A stretch of DNA of 64,000 bases, taken from positions 5,952,001-6,016,000 of the forward strand of contig CM035361.1 in assembly GCA_020137815.1 (NCBI GenBank), given 5' to 3'. A program made the position numbers and the translations under genes. The stretch is from Hormiphora californensis. Its lineage: Eukaryota > Animalia > Ctenophora. Under the pieces are notes generated by a model, which was not told where the DNA came from, did not search any database, and saw nothing but the letters and a program-made list of their open reading frames with translations. This document shows positions 1-16,977 of this stretch, piece by piece; position 1 is the first letter of the stretch; each line of letters opens with the position of its first letter.

Positions 1-221
1 AGTATAGAATCCGCGTCCGGCCGTCTAGACGCGTCTTAATCACGATCATACAGCTTCCGATGGTGATTCTTTTCACTTAACTCGATCCCTCACAAAGTAA
101 TGGACACCTGGAGCTTATAATAAAACGAAACTTGCCTTGCTCGACCCTGTTTCACCGCGCCCCGCACGGGAAACAAATGTCGAGAAGGGTTAAAACATAA
201 CAATACAAATTCGTATTTCAG

Positions 222-1682
222 ATGTGTGGAGATCTGCCCCGTAATTCGGGGAAGCTTTACTGCCAGGCAGTATTTGAGGGAGAGGAGGGGTGTCCTAATA
301 AGAGATGGTATGAGGAGAGGTGTGTTGATAACTGGTGCAACACAGTATCATCCGCTCCAGCAGATCAGGTAAAATTTGATGTAATAGGTCGAGCAGGTAC
401 AGTACTATTTGACAGAGTTGGTTTAAATTTGATCCACACAATTTTGAACGCTGGATATGTGAACTTTGGTGTAAGTCTGCCAAAAAGATGGAAAATCCCC
501 GCTGCAGGAATTCTACACACACATGCATTAGGCTATAAGCATATACTCCATTTTTTTCAACTGTTCACCCCCAAAGTCGTGCGCGGAATTGTTTTGCGCG
601 TCTATCACATGTTAACGTGTAGCACGCGCCACGAAATTTCTAAATTTCATGAAATTTCAGTTTTTGGGTGAACAGTTGAAAAAAAATGGACTTTACTGAT
701 CGTGATGATCATAATCAGGTCAGTGTGCGGAGATTTTGATGGTCACCATCAAAGAAGCGCACACACTGATGGTTATCATCATGATGGAGGCTTGATGCAT
801 CATGATGTTCTCAAACCATAGTGTGTTCACGTTTGATCATCATAAACCATAGTGTGCTCACGTTTGATCATCATAAACCATGCTCAACTTGCTGGAACTT
901 GCCTTTTGATCATGATCATCATGACCAGTGTGCTCAGCATGATGATGCTATCTCCCCCTTGCCTAGTCGCGCGCTCTGAGAGGCTGTTGCATATCACGTG
1001 ACCTGTACAACAGCCTCTCGCGCGCGCGAAGTCGTACCACGTGGTACATATCACATGACTATAACAGTGCAGCCCTCCATAAGAATAAGATCAGAACGTG
1101 TGCACACTAGGTGTTGATGATCATCATCCAACTTAAGAGACGGCTCCAGGGCCAGCTCTTACGTGATGATCATAATGTTCCGCACACTGCAGTTTTTTGC
1201 AGATGATGATGATCAAAACCATGAGCACACTTCATCTTTTTCACTGATTATGATCATCACGATCAGTATGCTTATAGCCTCACATTTAGTTCTTTTTTGC
1301 ATTGATCCCTGTATTTCAAACTGCAATAATTTCTGCAGGAAACTTCTCTGACCAGTGAAGCTGAATGTGAAGTTTTGGATGTTTTTCTGAGATCTTGTGG
1401 TAAAACTTTGGAGAGGGAAATCTCGAGGTGAGATCAGACGCTATTTTATTAGATATAACAGTTACGACCAGTAAAGTTTACTCCTTCCTGATATCCATTT
1501 CAAATCCATTATCACTAATTATTAATCACTAAAATTATATCTTTATAGTTACTCCCCCTAATTATTACCCCTAATTATTTTCTCCCTGCTGCAGTTGTCC
1601 TAGTGAGACTGAAATACAGGGTTACACTCTCCTTGAGAAGGTTGCCCCCTGGCACGAAGAGTATGATGGAATGAAGATGTAA
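222..1682 (+). CDS. 3' part (last 3 exons: 222-368, 1339-1427, 1595-1682) of a paralog of the secreted VWD/C8 protein gene; 5' part lies before the window or is missing
   Basis: GT-AG exons with matching phases translate MCGDLPRNSGKLYC...WCNTVSSAPADQ / ETSLTSEAECEVLDVFLRSCGK / CPSETEIQ...GMKM*; near-identical to exons 9-11 of the gene at 54265-58346. Confidence 0.85.
548..690. mobile_element. Small palindromic MITE in intron
   Basis: TCCATTTTTTTCAACTGTTCACCC ... GGGTGAACAGTTGAAAAAAAATGGA terminal inverted repeats; absent from the paralogous intron at ~54.66 kb. Confidence 0.7.
694..1268. mobile_element. TA-flanked MITE rich in ATGATC motifs
   Basis: TIR CTGATCGTGATGATCATAATCAG / CTGATTATGATCATCACGATCAG flanked by TA; absent from the paralogous intron. 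Confidence 0.7.
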
Positions 1683-1912
1683 TGGTCACCATAGCAACCA
1701 TAATGAAGATGTAATGGTCACCATAGCAACCATAATGAAGATGTAATGGTCACCATAGCAACCATAATGAAGATGTAATGGTCACCATAGCAACCATAAT
1801 GAAGATGTAATGGTCACTATAGCAACCATAATGAAGATGTAATGGTCACCATAGCAACCATAATGAAGATGTATTGGTCACCATAGCAACCATAATGAAG
1901 ATGTAATGGTCA
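1671..1912 (+). repeat. 32-bp minisatellite (~7.6 units) starting at the VWD-gene stop codon; each unit has an X-box-like GTCACCATAGCAAC
   Basis: Unit ATGAAGATGTAATGGTCACCATAGCAACCATA repeated; paralogous arrays at 15717-15862 and 54163-54277. Confidence 0.95.
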
Positions 1913-2403
1913 CTAATATGTATATATGTCCTATTATAGTTTGTGTAAATGTGTGTCCATATGATGTTAGTTTATATTTTGTAAGTTTTGTAAATTTTTA
2001 AGTTGTTGAACAATTTTCTAAACAGCGTTGTATTTGGTTTTTGGGAAATGAATATTATACCTCTACATGTTAACACATTTCAAACTTGATAAAACCTCTG
2101 CTACATATATGTATATATACATATTATATTCTGACTAGGGTATACCAGCTACACACTTCATAATTCTACATAATACTATCGTCTATCAGATCTCAAAAAA
2201 CATGTCACCCTACAATGCAAAGTCACTGAAACTATAAAACACACAAACGTCTAAAAACTACAACTGCACTGAAAAGTTATACACGCCAACACTGATCGAA
2301 GACTTTTAGTAAAATTGTTCATTTCATTGGATATCATACTCTGAGACATGTTCACTGTTCATTGTTTATCAGCCACATAATAGAAGTCGATGGGGGTGGG
2401 TCC

Positions 2404-2654
2404 TCCTTCCGGCTGGACAAGATGAATGGACGGGTATTTTATTGTAGCATAACGAGCAATTAATTTCGATGCAAAACATCCTCATCAGGCTCAAATTAAT
2501 TTGTATAAAGAAGCTTTAAGGGTTTTTTCAACAAAGAATAAAGATTAATTTAAGCCAGATCAAGTCTATAAATGAGGATGATGTACATTGAAATTATGCT
2601 AAACGTTATGCTACAACGAAATACCCGTCTATTCATCTTGTCCAGCCGGAAGGA
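2404..2654. mobile_element. Old MITE/inverted repeat between the convergent gene ends (also at ~16418-16654 and ~53233-53469)
   Basis: TCCTTCCGGCTGGACAAGATGAAT...ATTCATCTTGTCCAGCCGGAAGGA imperfect inverted arms. Confidence 0.65.
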
Positions 2655-2924
2655 AAACTTAACATTCTGATTTTCCTAGATATTCTCGTTTCCTCTCTTT
2701 CCAAATTCGTATCCTTCCAGCCTGGTGATGCACGTCAATCAGCTGCCTGAAAATATTAATGATATTAAACTGCAAAATGTATAAAAGTCAGTAAACCGAG
2801 GACTATAATATCCTAGTACCACGCCCACCCCAATTACTCAACAACTGGTAACTTACCATTTATTGCACCAGGTGACATTCTTTAATTGATTTCTGTTGAC
2901 AGGAGGCTTATCGTCCCCAAAGGG

Positions 2925-8429
<5,505 letters not shown>

Positions 8430-9171
8430 CGTCAAATCTATATGTAGGGTTTTTAAAATGGTATCCTAGGAATCCACTGGTTCAAAGTCACCTACGAAAT
8501 AAGTAAAATAAGAATGCTGATTATCCATTGTCGATTTTACTGATGTGACAAAATATAATGTAGGATTTTATTATGCCTATAAGTTGTACCTGAAAACTTT
8601 TGAAATTGCGCCTCTCGTTTATCAGTAGACCCCCTATTTTGCACATATTTCTAGCCGACAAAAAGTTCTGAAAAAATGCTGAAACTTAATTGATAAATCA
8701 AAATAAGACGATAGGGTAAACTGGGGTAAAATGGTCCATTTTTTTAACGTTTTAGGTTCTAAAATACGCAATTTATACAGCAGGAAAAAAATATTTATAT
8801 AGGCAATCCAATGAAACGTTTTCCTTTCAGACGAGCTAAATTTTAAATTCTGAAAGTTTTATTTAGTAGGTTAATTAATCAATTCAAAAAGTTTTTTTGG
8901 AAATTTTGCACTGGGGCAAAGTGGACCCAGCCAATAGCATTGCTCGATTTTATCACGTGCCTGGTGTTGGTTAGAGCAATAATCAAATTAGGGGCAAAAT
9001 GGTCCATGTTATCTTCAGCAATTTCTGTTCTGCTGGACCATTTTACCCCAGTTGTGGTATCACGTGGTATTGGAGGCTCGATTTCATTGGTCCCAGGGTG
9101 AACCACTTAGCCCCAGAGAGAGTGGACCACTTTGCCCCAGTTTGACTAATTTGACAATTTAATCAACTTAA

Positions 9172-10561
9172 GGGTACGCTAACCAAAAATTTTTTTCGAG
9201 TGCAGGGAAATCTCTCACCGTAGGGTTGTAGGCCATACCAAGGAGACCTCAAATATGCAATTTTAGCCCTTAAGTCGAATTCATATTTTTGCTACAGCTG
9301 TTTAAAAAATGTCCTGAAAATACGTTTTTGGCATCTCAAAAATTTTTTTTCAAAGATAGGAGCATGAAAATTTGGGGATTTGAAGAGGACATGAAGGTGA
9401 ATAACCACAAAAATTTTTTTTGCAATCCGAGCTGATTTCCGGTCCTGAGATGGATTTCTTTTTTTCCACTTTAACGCCCTATTTGGCAAAGTTCCGAAAA
9501 CATGTGAAAGCTGTAAATTGGTGAAAAGTTGCGTCTAACGATTATCTAAGTGGCCATAAATTTTGGGCGTGTCCTTATTTGAGATAAGCTGTACAGAGTT
9601 TTTTTTGTGAAAGCCGTCATTTCAGAAATAAATAAATTCCCTGTATCTCAAAAACGGCTGATCGTAGAGACCTGAGACTATGCTTAAACGATTCAGAAGG
9701 TCCGATTTTGGGGGGGTCTTCTGAGAGACATTTTGCTCCTACTTCAACCGTTTTTGCTGTAATTGCGAAAAACAATAACCCATCTTCGCCATCGTGGATT
9801 TTTTGTGATTTTGTTTTTGATGATTATAGGGACCCATATGGACCAAATAGTGAAGGAATTAGCTTGTTAAACATTTTTCCATAGTTTCGGTCCTTTCTTA
9901 GCTAAAATTCCCTAATTACAGGATATTGGAGTTTAGCTTTTGCCCTTTTCATAGAATTTGTTTTTCGCAATTACAGCAAAAACGGCTGAAGTAGGAGCAA
10001 AATGTCTCTCAGAAGACCCCCCCAAAATCGGACCTTCTGAATCGTTTAAGCATAGTCTCAGGTCTCTACGATCAGCCGTTTTTGAGATACAGGGAATTTA
10101 TTTATTTCTGAAATGACGGCTTTCACAAAAAAAATTCTGTACAGCTTATCTCAAATAAGGACACGCCCAAAATTTATGGCCACTTAGATAATCGTTAGAC
10201 GCAACTTTTCACCAATTTACAGCTTTCACATGTTTTCGGAACTTTGCCAAATAGGGCGTTAAAGTGGAAAAAAAGAAATCCATCTCAGGACCGGAAATCA
10301 GCTCGGATTGCAAAAAAAATTTTTGTGGTTATTCACCTTCATGTCCTCTTCAAATCCCCAAATTTTCATGCTCCTATCTTTGAAAAAAATTTTTTGAGAT
10401 GCCAAAAACTTATTTTCAGTTCATTTTTCAAGCAGCTGTAGCAAAAATATGAATTCGACTTGAGAGCTCAAATTGCATATTTGAGGTCTCCTTGGCATGG
10501 CCTACAACCCTACGGTGAGAGATTTCCCTGCACTCGAAAAAAATTTTTGGTTAGCGTACCC
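9172..10561. mobile_element. Kolobok-like foldback element with ~600-bp near-perfect inverted arms
   Basis: TTAA|GGGTACGCTAACCAAAAA ... TTTTTGGTTAGCGTACCC|TTAA; mirrored 65-aa pseudo-ORFs at 9292-9489 and 10244-10441. Confidence 0.8.
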
Positions 10562-10743
10562 TTAATATGTAGTGAGTTTTTTGAAAAAGTTTTTTTAGAA
10601 GGATAAAAACCCTAACTGTTCTTAATTGAATATTAGTACAAAATTAGTACTGCAAAATAGTTGTTTCTCTTTAATTCCTAACTGGCAGTTTTTGCAAAAT
10701 TAAAATCGGCCAACTCAAACAGAAATTACAGCAGTTTTAAAGC

Positions 10744-11346
10744 AACAAGAATATAATCCCCGCCAACCTTTCATTCCTAACATGACGGCGGGACAGACAT
10801 TTCGGATCATTTATAGATCACGCAAACAGTATAGAACAAATCCTTGTGTTTTAGTTGCACTAAATTGCGCGCCACATTGCGGAATTGCGTGCCACACATT
10901 TCCTGAAAACGTTTCAATGAAGTGGTTTATGAAGGAGTAGGTTGTTGTTGTGTGCGCGGCTCTAGTTGCTACATGTTGCCCCTCGCAACCTGAAACGGGA
11001 CAAGAGAGCTGACTTGCTACACATAAAGTCGGATTTTTTGAAACTGTCACCCCCCCTGAGTTTTCAAATTTCTTTAAATGACCATAAGTCCGGTTCCTGA
11101 TGAGATAGAGACTTGAAATTTGGAGGTTATAAAGATCTTGCTAAGTTCTTCCGAACCTCCAAATTTCAAGTCTCTATCTTATCAGCAACCGGAGATATGA
11201 CAAATTTGTTATTTCAGGGGGGTGACAGTTTCAAAAAATCCGACTTTAGTCATTATATCCGTTTAGATTTCTAAACTCCTATGCCTTTTTGCAAAAGGCA
11301 TCCGGGTGAAGGCCTTCGGCCTTCACCCGGGCGGGGGAAAAAATTC
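10744..11346 (-). mobile_element. Helentron-associated (HINE/DINE-1-like) element with nested MITE (11024-11248)
   Basis: Minus strand: TTTTTCCCCCGCCCGGGTGAAGGCCGAAGGCCTTCACCCGG 5' hairpin, 3' stem-loop, ends TTCTTGTT; same design as 32234-32867. Confidence 0.6.
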
Positions 11347-11789
11347 GGAACAGTCACGTGACTACATGTAATAACTAGGACCATTTTGCCCCATACATGT
11401 GCCATTTTACCCCGTGGACCATTTTACCCCAGTTTACCCTATACGAAAAGTTTTAGGTATCTTGTCAACCTTTAAGTAAACTGTAACTTTTACTGTGTTA
11501 AATATCTGCTAAAATGTTACAACACAGGCAGGGTCGCATTATAGGTGGCGTCGGGTTCGGGAGATTAAACTCCTTCGAAAGTCGCAGGATACAGAAATAA
11601 ACTTTGTGGCAGGAAATGTAGGTCTCACAATTTATAAAAACTATATCGGGCGGCTGAAAATACATGAAATTGTTTTGTTCAAAAGAGGGTGATCGAGCTA
11701 GGCAGACATAAAAAGGAATAAGAAACACATTCATTTTTTCATAGTCACTAAAAATTAATATTATATGTATTATTATACCAAAACTATAA

Positions 11790-11966
11790 TACAGTCGGAC
11801 CCCGATTTAGGGCCCCCCGATTTAGTGGCACCCCGATTTAGGGACGTAGGATTTTTTCCCCCAATATAGGAAATTAACCTTATTTGACCCCGATTTAGTG
11901 GACACCCCGATTTAGTGGACAAGAGCCTTTCCCCCGAGGGTGTCCCTAAATCGGGGTCCGACTGTA
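11790..11966. mobile_element. TA-flanked CAGTCGGACCCCG MITE (other copies ~39730-39815 partial, 44716-44872, 46731-46876, 62584-62766)
   Basis: TA|CAGTCGGACCCCGATTTAG ... CTAAATCGGGGTCCGACTG|TA. Confidence 0.85.
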
Positions 11967-12693
11967 CTATAAAAACAATGTTGATAGACGATTCACCACG
12001 AGAGAGCTCAATCGATCCGAGTAGTAAACAAATTAAAACAAGTCAATCCATCTGGACAATTGTTTGGTAAAATTGACTTGTTTTTAGTCTTAATTTATAC
12101 TATAAAAACATTGAAAATAGACAGGATACATATGCTTCGTCTTGGTCAAAAGGAAATATAAAGTCGTATTTTACATAATTTTATTTCAAAATCCAGGCCT
12201 CTGATTAGCTCACACACCGAAAAAAAACCAAGAATAAAACTTCCTGGTAAGTTAGAAAGCTAAAGCCAGTTGAAAAGCTAATTCAGTAAAGCTCCGTTCA
12301 TTAGGGGGTTTTCATACAACAATCAGACACTAAAATATTATTGAAGTAGACAATTCAGGAAGGAACGGCCGAATAGAGACAATATATAATACTGCGAGGA
12401 ACCAACTTGTTAAGTAATAAATTTCAAAGCGGATCGGGAAAATAAGATCGAGCTGCAAATAACTGAGTCTACTGTGATGGACGATGGAGAGCAGTAACAG
12501 GCGTAAGCTCTCGAACACGGTGCTTTGTTAGCCAGGATCGGTGTAATGGGCCGCGCCCTGTCCAACTACAACTGTGCCCGAGAGAATGTTTTCCCCATGT
12601 TCTATAGAACATGGGAAAGCATTCACTGTTGGACAGGGCGCGGCTATAATGGTGATAAAAATAGTGCTAACAATCACTGCATAGAGAACCCTA

Positions 12694-14618
12694 CCTCTCT
12701 CCATCTTTGAGTCCTCTCTCCATCCCTCTCCCTCCCTCCCTCTCCCTCTCTCCCTCCCTCTCCCTCCCTCCCTCTCCCTCCCTCTGATCTCTCCCTCTGA
12801 TCTCTCCCTCTGATCTCTCCCTCTGATCTCTCCCTCTGATCTCTCCCTCTGATCTCTCCCTCTGATCTCTCCCTCTGATCTCTCCCTCTGATCCCTCCCT
12901 CTCCCTCCCTCTCCCTCCCTCTCCCTCCCTCTCCCTCCCTCTCCCTCCCTCTCCCTCCCTCTCCCTCCCTCTCCCTCTCCCTCCCTCCCTCTCCCTCCCT
13001 CTCCCTCCTCTCCCTCCCTCTCCCTCCCTCACCCTCCCTCCCTCCCTCTCCCTCCCTCTCCCTCCCTCCCTCCCTCTCCCTCCCTCTCCCTCCCTCTCCC
13101 TCCCTCTCCCTCCCTCTCCCTCCCTCTCCCTCCCTCGGTAGGCGGACTCTAGTGCTACACTCAACAATCACTGCATAGAGAACCCTACCTCTCTCCATCT
13201 TTGAGTCCTCTCTCCCTCCCTCTCCATCCCTCTCCCTCTCCATCCCTCCCTCTCCCTCCCTCTGATCTCTCCCTCTCCCTCCCTCTCCCTCCCTCTCCTT
13301 CCCTCTCCCTTCCTCTCCCTCCCTCTCCCTCCCTCTCCCTCCCTCTCCCTCCCTCTCCCTCCCTCTCCCTCCCTCTCCCTCCCTCTCCCTCCCTCTCCCT
13401 CCCTCCCTCCCTCTCCCTCCCTCTCCCTCTCTCTCTCTCTCCCTCCCTCTCCCTCCCTCCCTCTCCCTCCCTCTCCCTCCCTCTCCCTCCCTCTCCCTCC
13501 CTCTCCCTCCCTCTCCCTCTCCCTCCCTCTCCCTCTCCCTCTCCCTCTCCCTCTCCTCTCCCTCTCCCTCTCCCTCTCCCTCTCCCTCTCCCTCTCCCTC
13601 TCCCTCTCCCTCTCCCTCTCCCTCTCCCTCTCCCTCTCCCTCTCCCTCTCCCTCTCCTCTCCCTCTCCCTCTCCCTCTCCCTCTCCCTCTCCCTCTCCCT
13701 CTCCCTCTCCCTCTCCTCTCCCTCTCCCTCTCCCTCTCCCTCTCCCTCTCCCTCTCCCTCTCCCTCTCCCTCTCCCTCTCCCTCTCCCTCTCCCTCTCCC
13801 TCTCCCTCTCCCTCTCCCTCTCCCTCTCCCTCTCCCTCTCCCTCTCCCTCTCCCTCTCCCTCTCCCTCTCCCTCTCCCTCTCCCTCTCCCTCTCCCTCTC
13901 CCTCTCCCTCTCCCTCTCCCTCTCCCTCTCCCTCTCCCTCTCCCTCTCCCTCTCCCTCTCCCTCTCCCTCTCCCTCTCCCTCTCCCTCTCCCTCTCCCTC
14001 TCCCTCTCCCTCTCCCTCTCCCTCTCCCTCTCCCTCTCCCTCTCCCTCTCCCTCTCCCTCTCCCTCTCCCTCTCCCTCTCCCTCTCCCTCTCCCTCTCCC
14101 TCTCCCTCTCCCTCTCCCTCTCCCTCTCCCTCTCCCTCTCCCTCTCCCTCTCCCTCTCCCTCTCCCTCTCCTCTCCCTCTCCCTCTCCCTCTCCCTCTCC
14201 CTCTCCCTCTCCCTCTCCCTCTCCCTCTCCTCTCCTCTCCCTCTCCCTCTCCCTCTCCCTCTCCCTCTCCCTCTCCCTCTCCCTCTCCCTCTCCCTCTCC
14301 CTCTCCCTCTCCCTCTCCCTCTCCCTCTCCCTCTCCCTCTCCCTCTCCCTCTCCCTCTCCCTCTCCCTCTCCCTCTCCCTCTCCCTCTCCCTCTCCCTCT
14401 CCCTCTCCCTCTCCCTCTCCCTCTCTCCCTCTCCCTCTCCCTCCCTCTCCCTCTCCCTCTCCCTCTCCCTCTCCCTCTCCCTCTCCCTCTCCCTCTCCCT
14501 CTCCCTCTCCCTCTCCCTCTCCCTCTCCCTCTCCCTCTCCCTCTCCCTCTCCCTCTCCCTCTCCCTCTCCCTCTCCCTCTCCCTCTCCCTCTCCCTCTCC
14601 CTCTCCCTCTCCCTCCCT
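12694..14618 (+). repeat. ~1.9-kb polypyrimidine microsatellite (CCCTCT)n/(CCCTCTCCCT)n in two tandemly duplicated units
   Basis: Direct reading; the unique spacers AACAATCACTGCATAGAGAACCC and GGTAGGCGGACTCTAGTGCTACACTC each occur twice. Confidence 0.95.
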
Positions 14619-14619
14619 C

Positions 14620-15595
14620 GGTAGGCGGACTCTAGTGCTACACTCTACAGTGGACTCTATATCTAAATTTAGATTTAGATAAAGAGTCCAAACTCTAGGA
14701 GGACTCTATTTCTAAAAAGTCTAAACAGGGCGGACTCTTTATCTAAAAAGTCTACAAAGAGCGGACTCTATATCTACATCCTTATTATAAAGTACAAATG
14801 AACGTCGTGGTAGTGATGTAGTATCATCACGTGCAAATAGAGGGGGGTTGCCAAGGAGGTGCCCTGGGAGGGGTATTGGAGGGGGGATACTGCACGTGCA
14901 TATTGTTGTTTGATTGTTGCGTGTTCCTGTGTTGTTCCTGTGGTGCTTTGGATCTACTGCTGGGACCTCCATGATTGCCAAAGCCTTTCTACCTACGTAC
15001 CCCATTGATTCTCTACACAGCTACAATTCTACGGATCTTTATCATCTGATTCTACATGTTATTCAGTGGGATTTCCCTTGATGTTTATCACCAGCGCTCT
15101 ACCACTACCAACCTCCGTATTCTTTACCCCGACATGGAGAGACAAAGAGTAAGAGAGGGAGAGAGACATGGGGACGGGTGGGGGGGGGGGGGTGTTGTAG
15201 GACTTAACAATGGGCTTTCTAGTAAATCTAAATTAGACATAGAGTCCGCCATTCTCAGCGAACTCAAGATTTCGGCCGTTAGGCCGGAAACGAGAGTTTG
15301 CTTTACCTCTATACTAATTGAGAAGTGTTAGGGTTAGGGTTAGGATTAGGTTTTGGGTTGGTTTAGGATTTTAGACAGAGTCCGGGTTGGGGGATTTGGC
15401 GCCAAAATGTACCAGGGGACTCTATGTCTAAAAAGTCTACACAGGGCGGACTCTACATCTAAAAAGTCTACACTGGGCGGACTCTTTATCTAAACTTTTT
15501 TTCAAAGTATAACTGTAGATAAAGAGTCCGCTTGTAGATATAGAGTCCGCCTTGAATTTAGATAAAGAGTCCGTTAGCACTAGAGTCCTCCCACC
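14620..15595. mobile_element. MITE with internal GGACTCTATATCTA subterminal repeats
   Basis: GGTAGGCGGACTCTAGTGCTA ... TAGCACTAGAGTCCTCCCACC imperfect TIR. Confidence 0.65.
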
Positions 15596-15640
15596 TTATT
15601 TGCCTAATTATTACCCCTAATTATTTTCTCCCTGCTGCAG

Positions 15641-15728
15641 TTGTCCTAGTGAAACTGAAATACAGGGTTACACTCTCCTTGAGAAGGTTGCCCCCTGGCA
15701 CGAAGAGTATGATGGAATGAAGATGTAA
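15641..15728 (+). pseudogene. Isolated copy of the last VWD/C8-gene exon
   Basis: CPSETEIQGYTLLEKVAPWHEEYDGMKM* with acceptor; upstream exons replaced by MITE/microsatellite. Confidence 0.8.
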
Positions 15729-15862
15729 TGGTCACCATAGCAACCATAATGAAGATGTAATGGTCACCATAGCAACCATAATGAAGATGTAATGGTCACC
15801 AAAGCAACCATAATGAAGATTTAATGGTCACCATAGCAACCATAATGAAGATGTAATGGTCA
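15717..15862 (+). repeat. 32-bp minisatellite (~4.6 units)
   Basis: Same unit as 1671-1912. Confidence 0.9.
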
Positions 15863-16977
15863 CTAATATGTATATATGTCCTATTATAGTTTGTGTAAAT
15901 GTGTGTCCATATGATGTTAGTTTATATTTTGTAAGTTTTGTAAATTTTTAAGGTGTTGAACAATTTTCTAAACAGCGGTGTATTTGGTTTTTGGGAAATG
16001 AATATTGTACCTCTACATATTAAAACATTTAGATCAAACTTGATAAAACCTCTGCTGCTGCCAGCTACACACTTCATAATTCTACATAATAATATCGTCT
16101 ATCAGATCTCAAATAACATTTCACCCTACAATGAAACTATAAAACACACAAACGTCTAAAAACTACAACTGCACTGAAAAATTATACACGCCAACACTCG
16201 TACCTCAAATCCCAAATCATACTTTTACTAAAACTACTGTTTGTATGTTTTGGGAATTGAGATACGAGTGTTGACGTGAGTATAATTTCTCAATGCAGTA
16301 CTAAAACTTTTAGTAAAATTGTTTATTTAATTGGATATCATACTCTGGGACATGTTCAATGTTCATTGTTTATCAGCCACATAATAGAAGTCGATGGGGG
16401 GTGGGAGGGGTGGGTCCTCCTTCCGACTGGACAAGATGAATGGACGGGTATTTTATTGTAGCATAACGAGCAATTAATTTCGATGCAAAACATCCTCATC
16501 AGGCTCAAATTTATAAAGAAGCCTTCAGGGTTTTTTCAACTAAGATTAATTTAAGCCAGAAGTCTATAAATGAGGATGTTGTACAAATTGAAATTATGCT
16601 AAACGTTATGCTACAACGAAATACCCGTCTATTCATCTTGTCCAGTCGGAAGGAAAACTTAACATTCTGATTTTCCTAGAGATTCTCATTTCATCTCTTT
16701 CCAAATTCGTATCCTTCCAGCCTGGTGATGCACGCAAAGCTGCTGCCTGAAAATATCAATGATATTAGACTGCAAAGTGTATAAGATATGGATTATTTCT
16801 AATACAATGGAAATGAACGGGAATGATTTAAAAAGTCAGTAAACCGAGGCCTATAATATCCTAGTACCACGCCCACCCCAATTACTCAACAACTGGTAAC
16901 TCACCATGCCATGTCTTCCACCGGGTGACATTCTTTAATTGGTTTCTGTTGACAGGGAGCTTATCGTCCCCAAAGGG

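Larger units (their letters stand above)
8714..11439. mobile_element. TA-flanked TIR element (Tc1/mariner/pogo-type non-autonomous) containing nested insertions
   Basis: TA|GGGTAAACTGGGGTAAAATGGTCC ... GGACCATTTTACCCCAGTTTACCC|TA; related termini at 30317-33177 and 41494-44530. Confidence 0.8.

Noticed and set aside
12674-14682. Long ORFs (189, 158, 493 aa; SP/LP/ERG-rich)
   Set aside because: Translations of a stop-free CT microsatellite, not genes
15327-15370. Telomeric TTAGGG repeats
   Set aside because: Only 2-3 degenerate units inside a MITE; not a telomere
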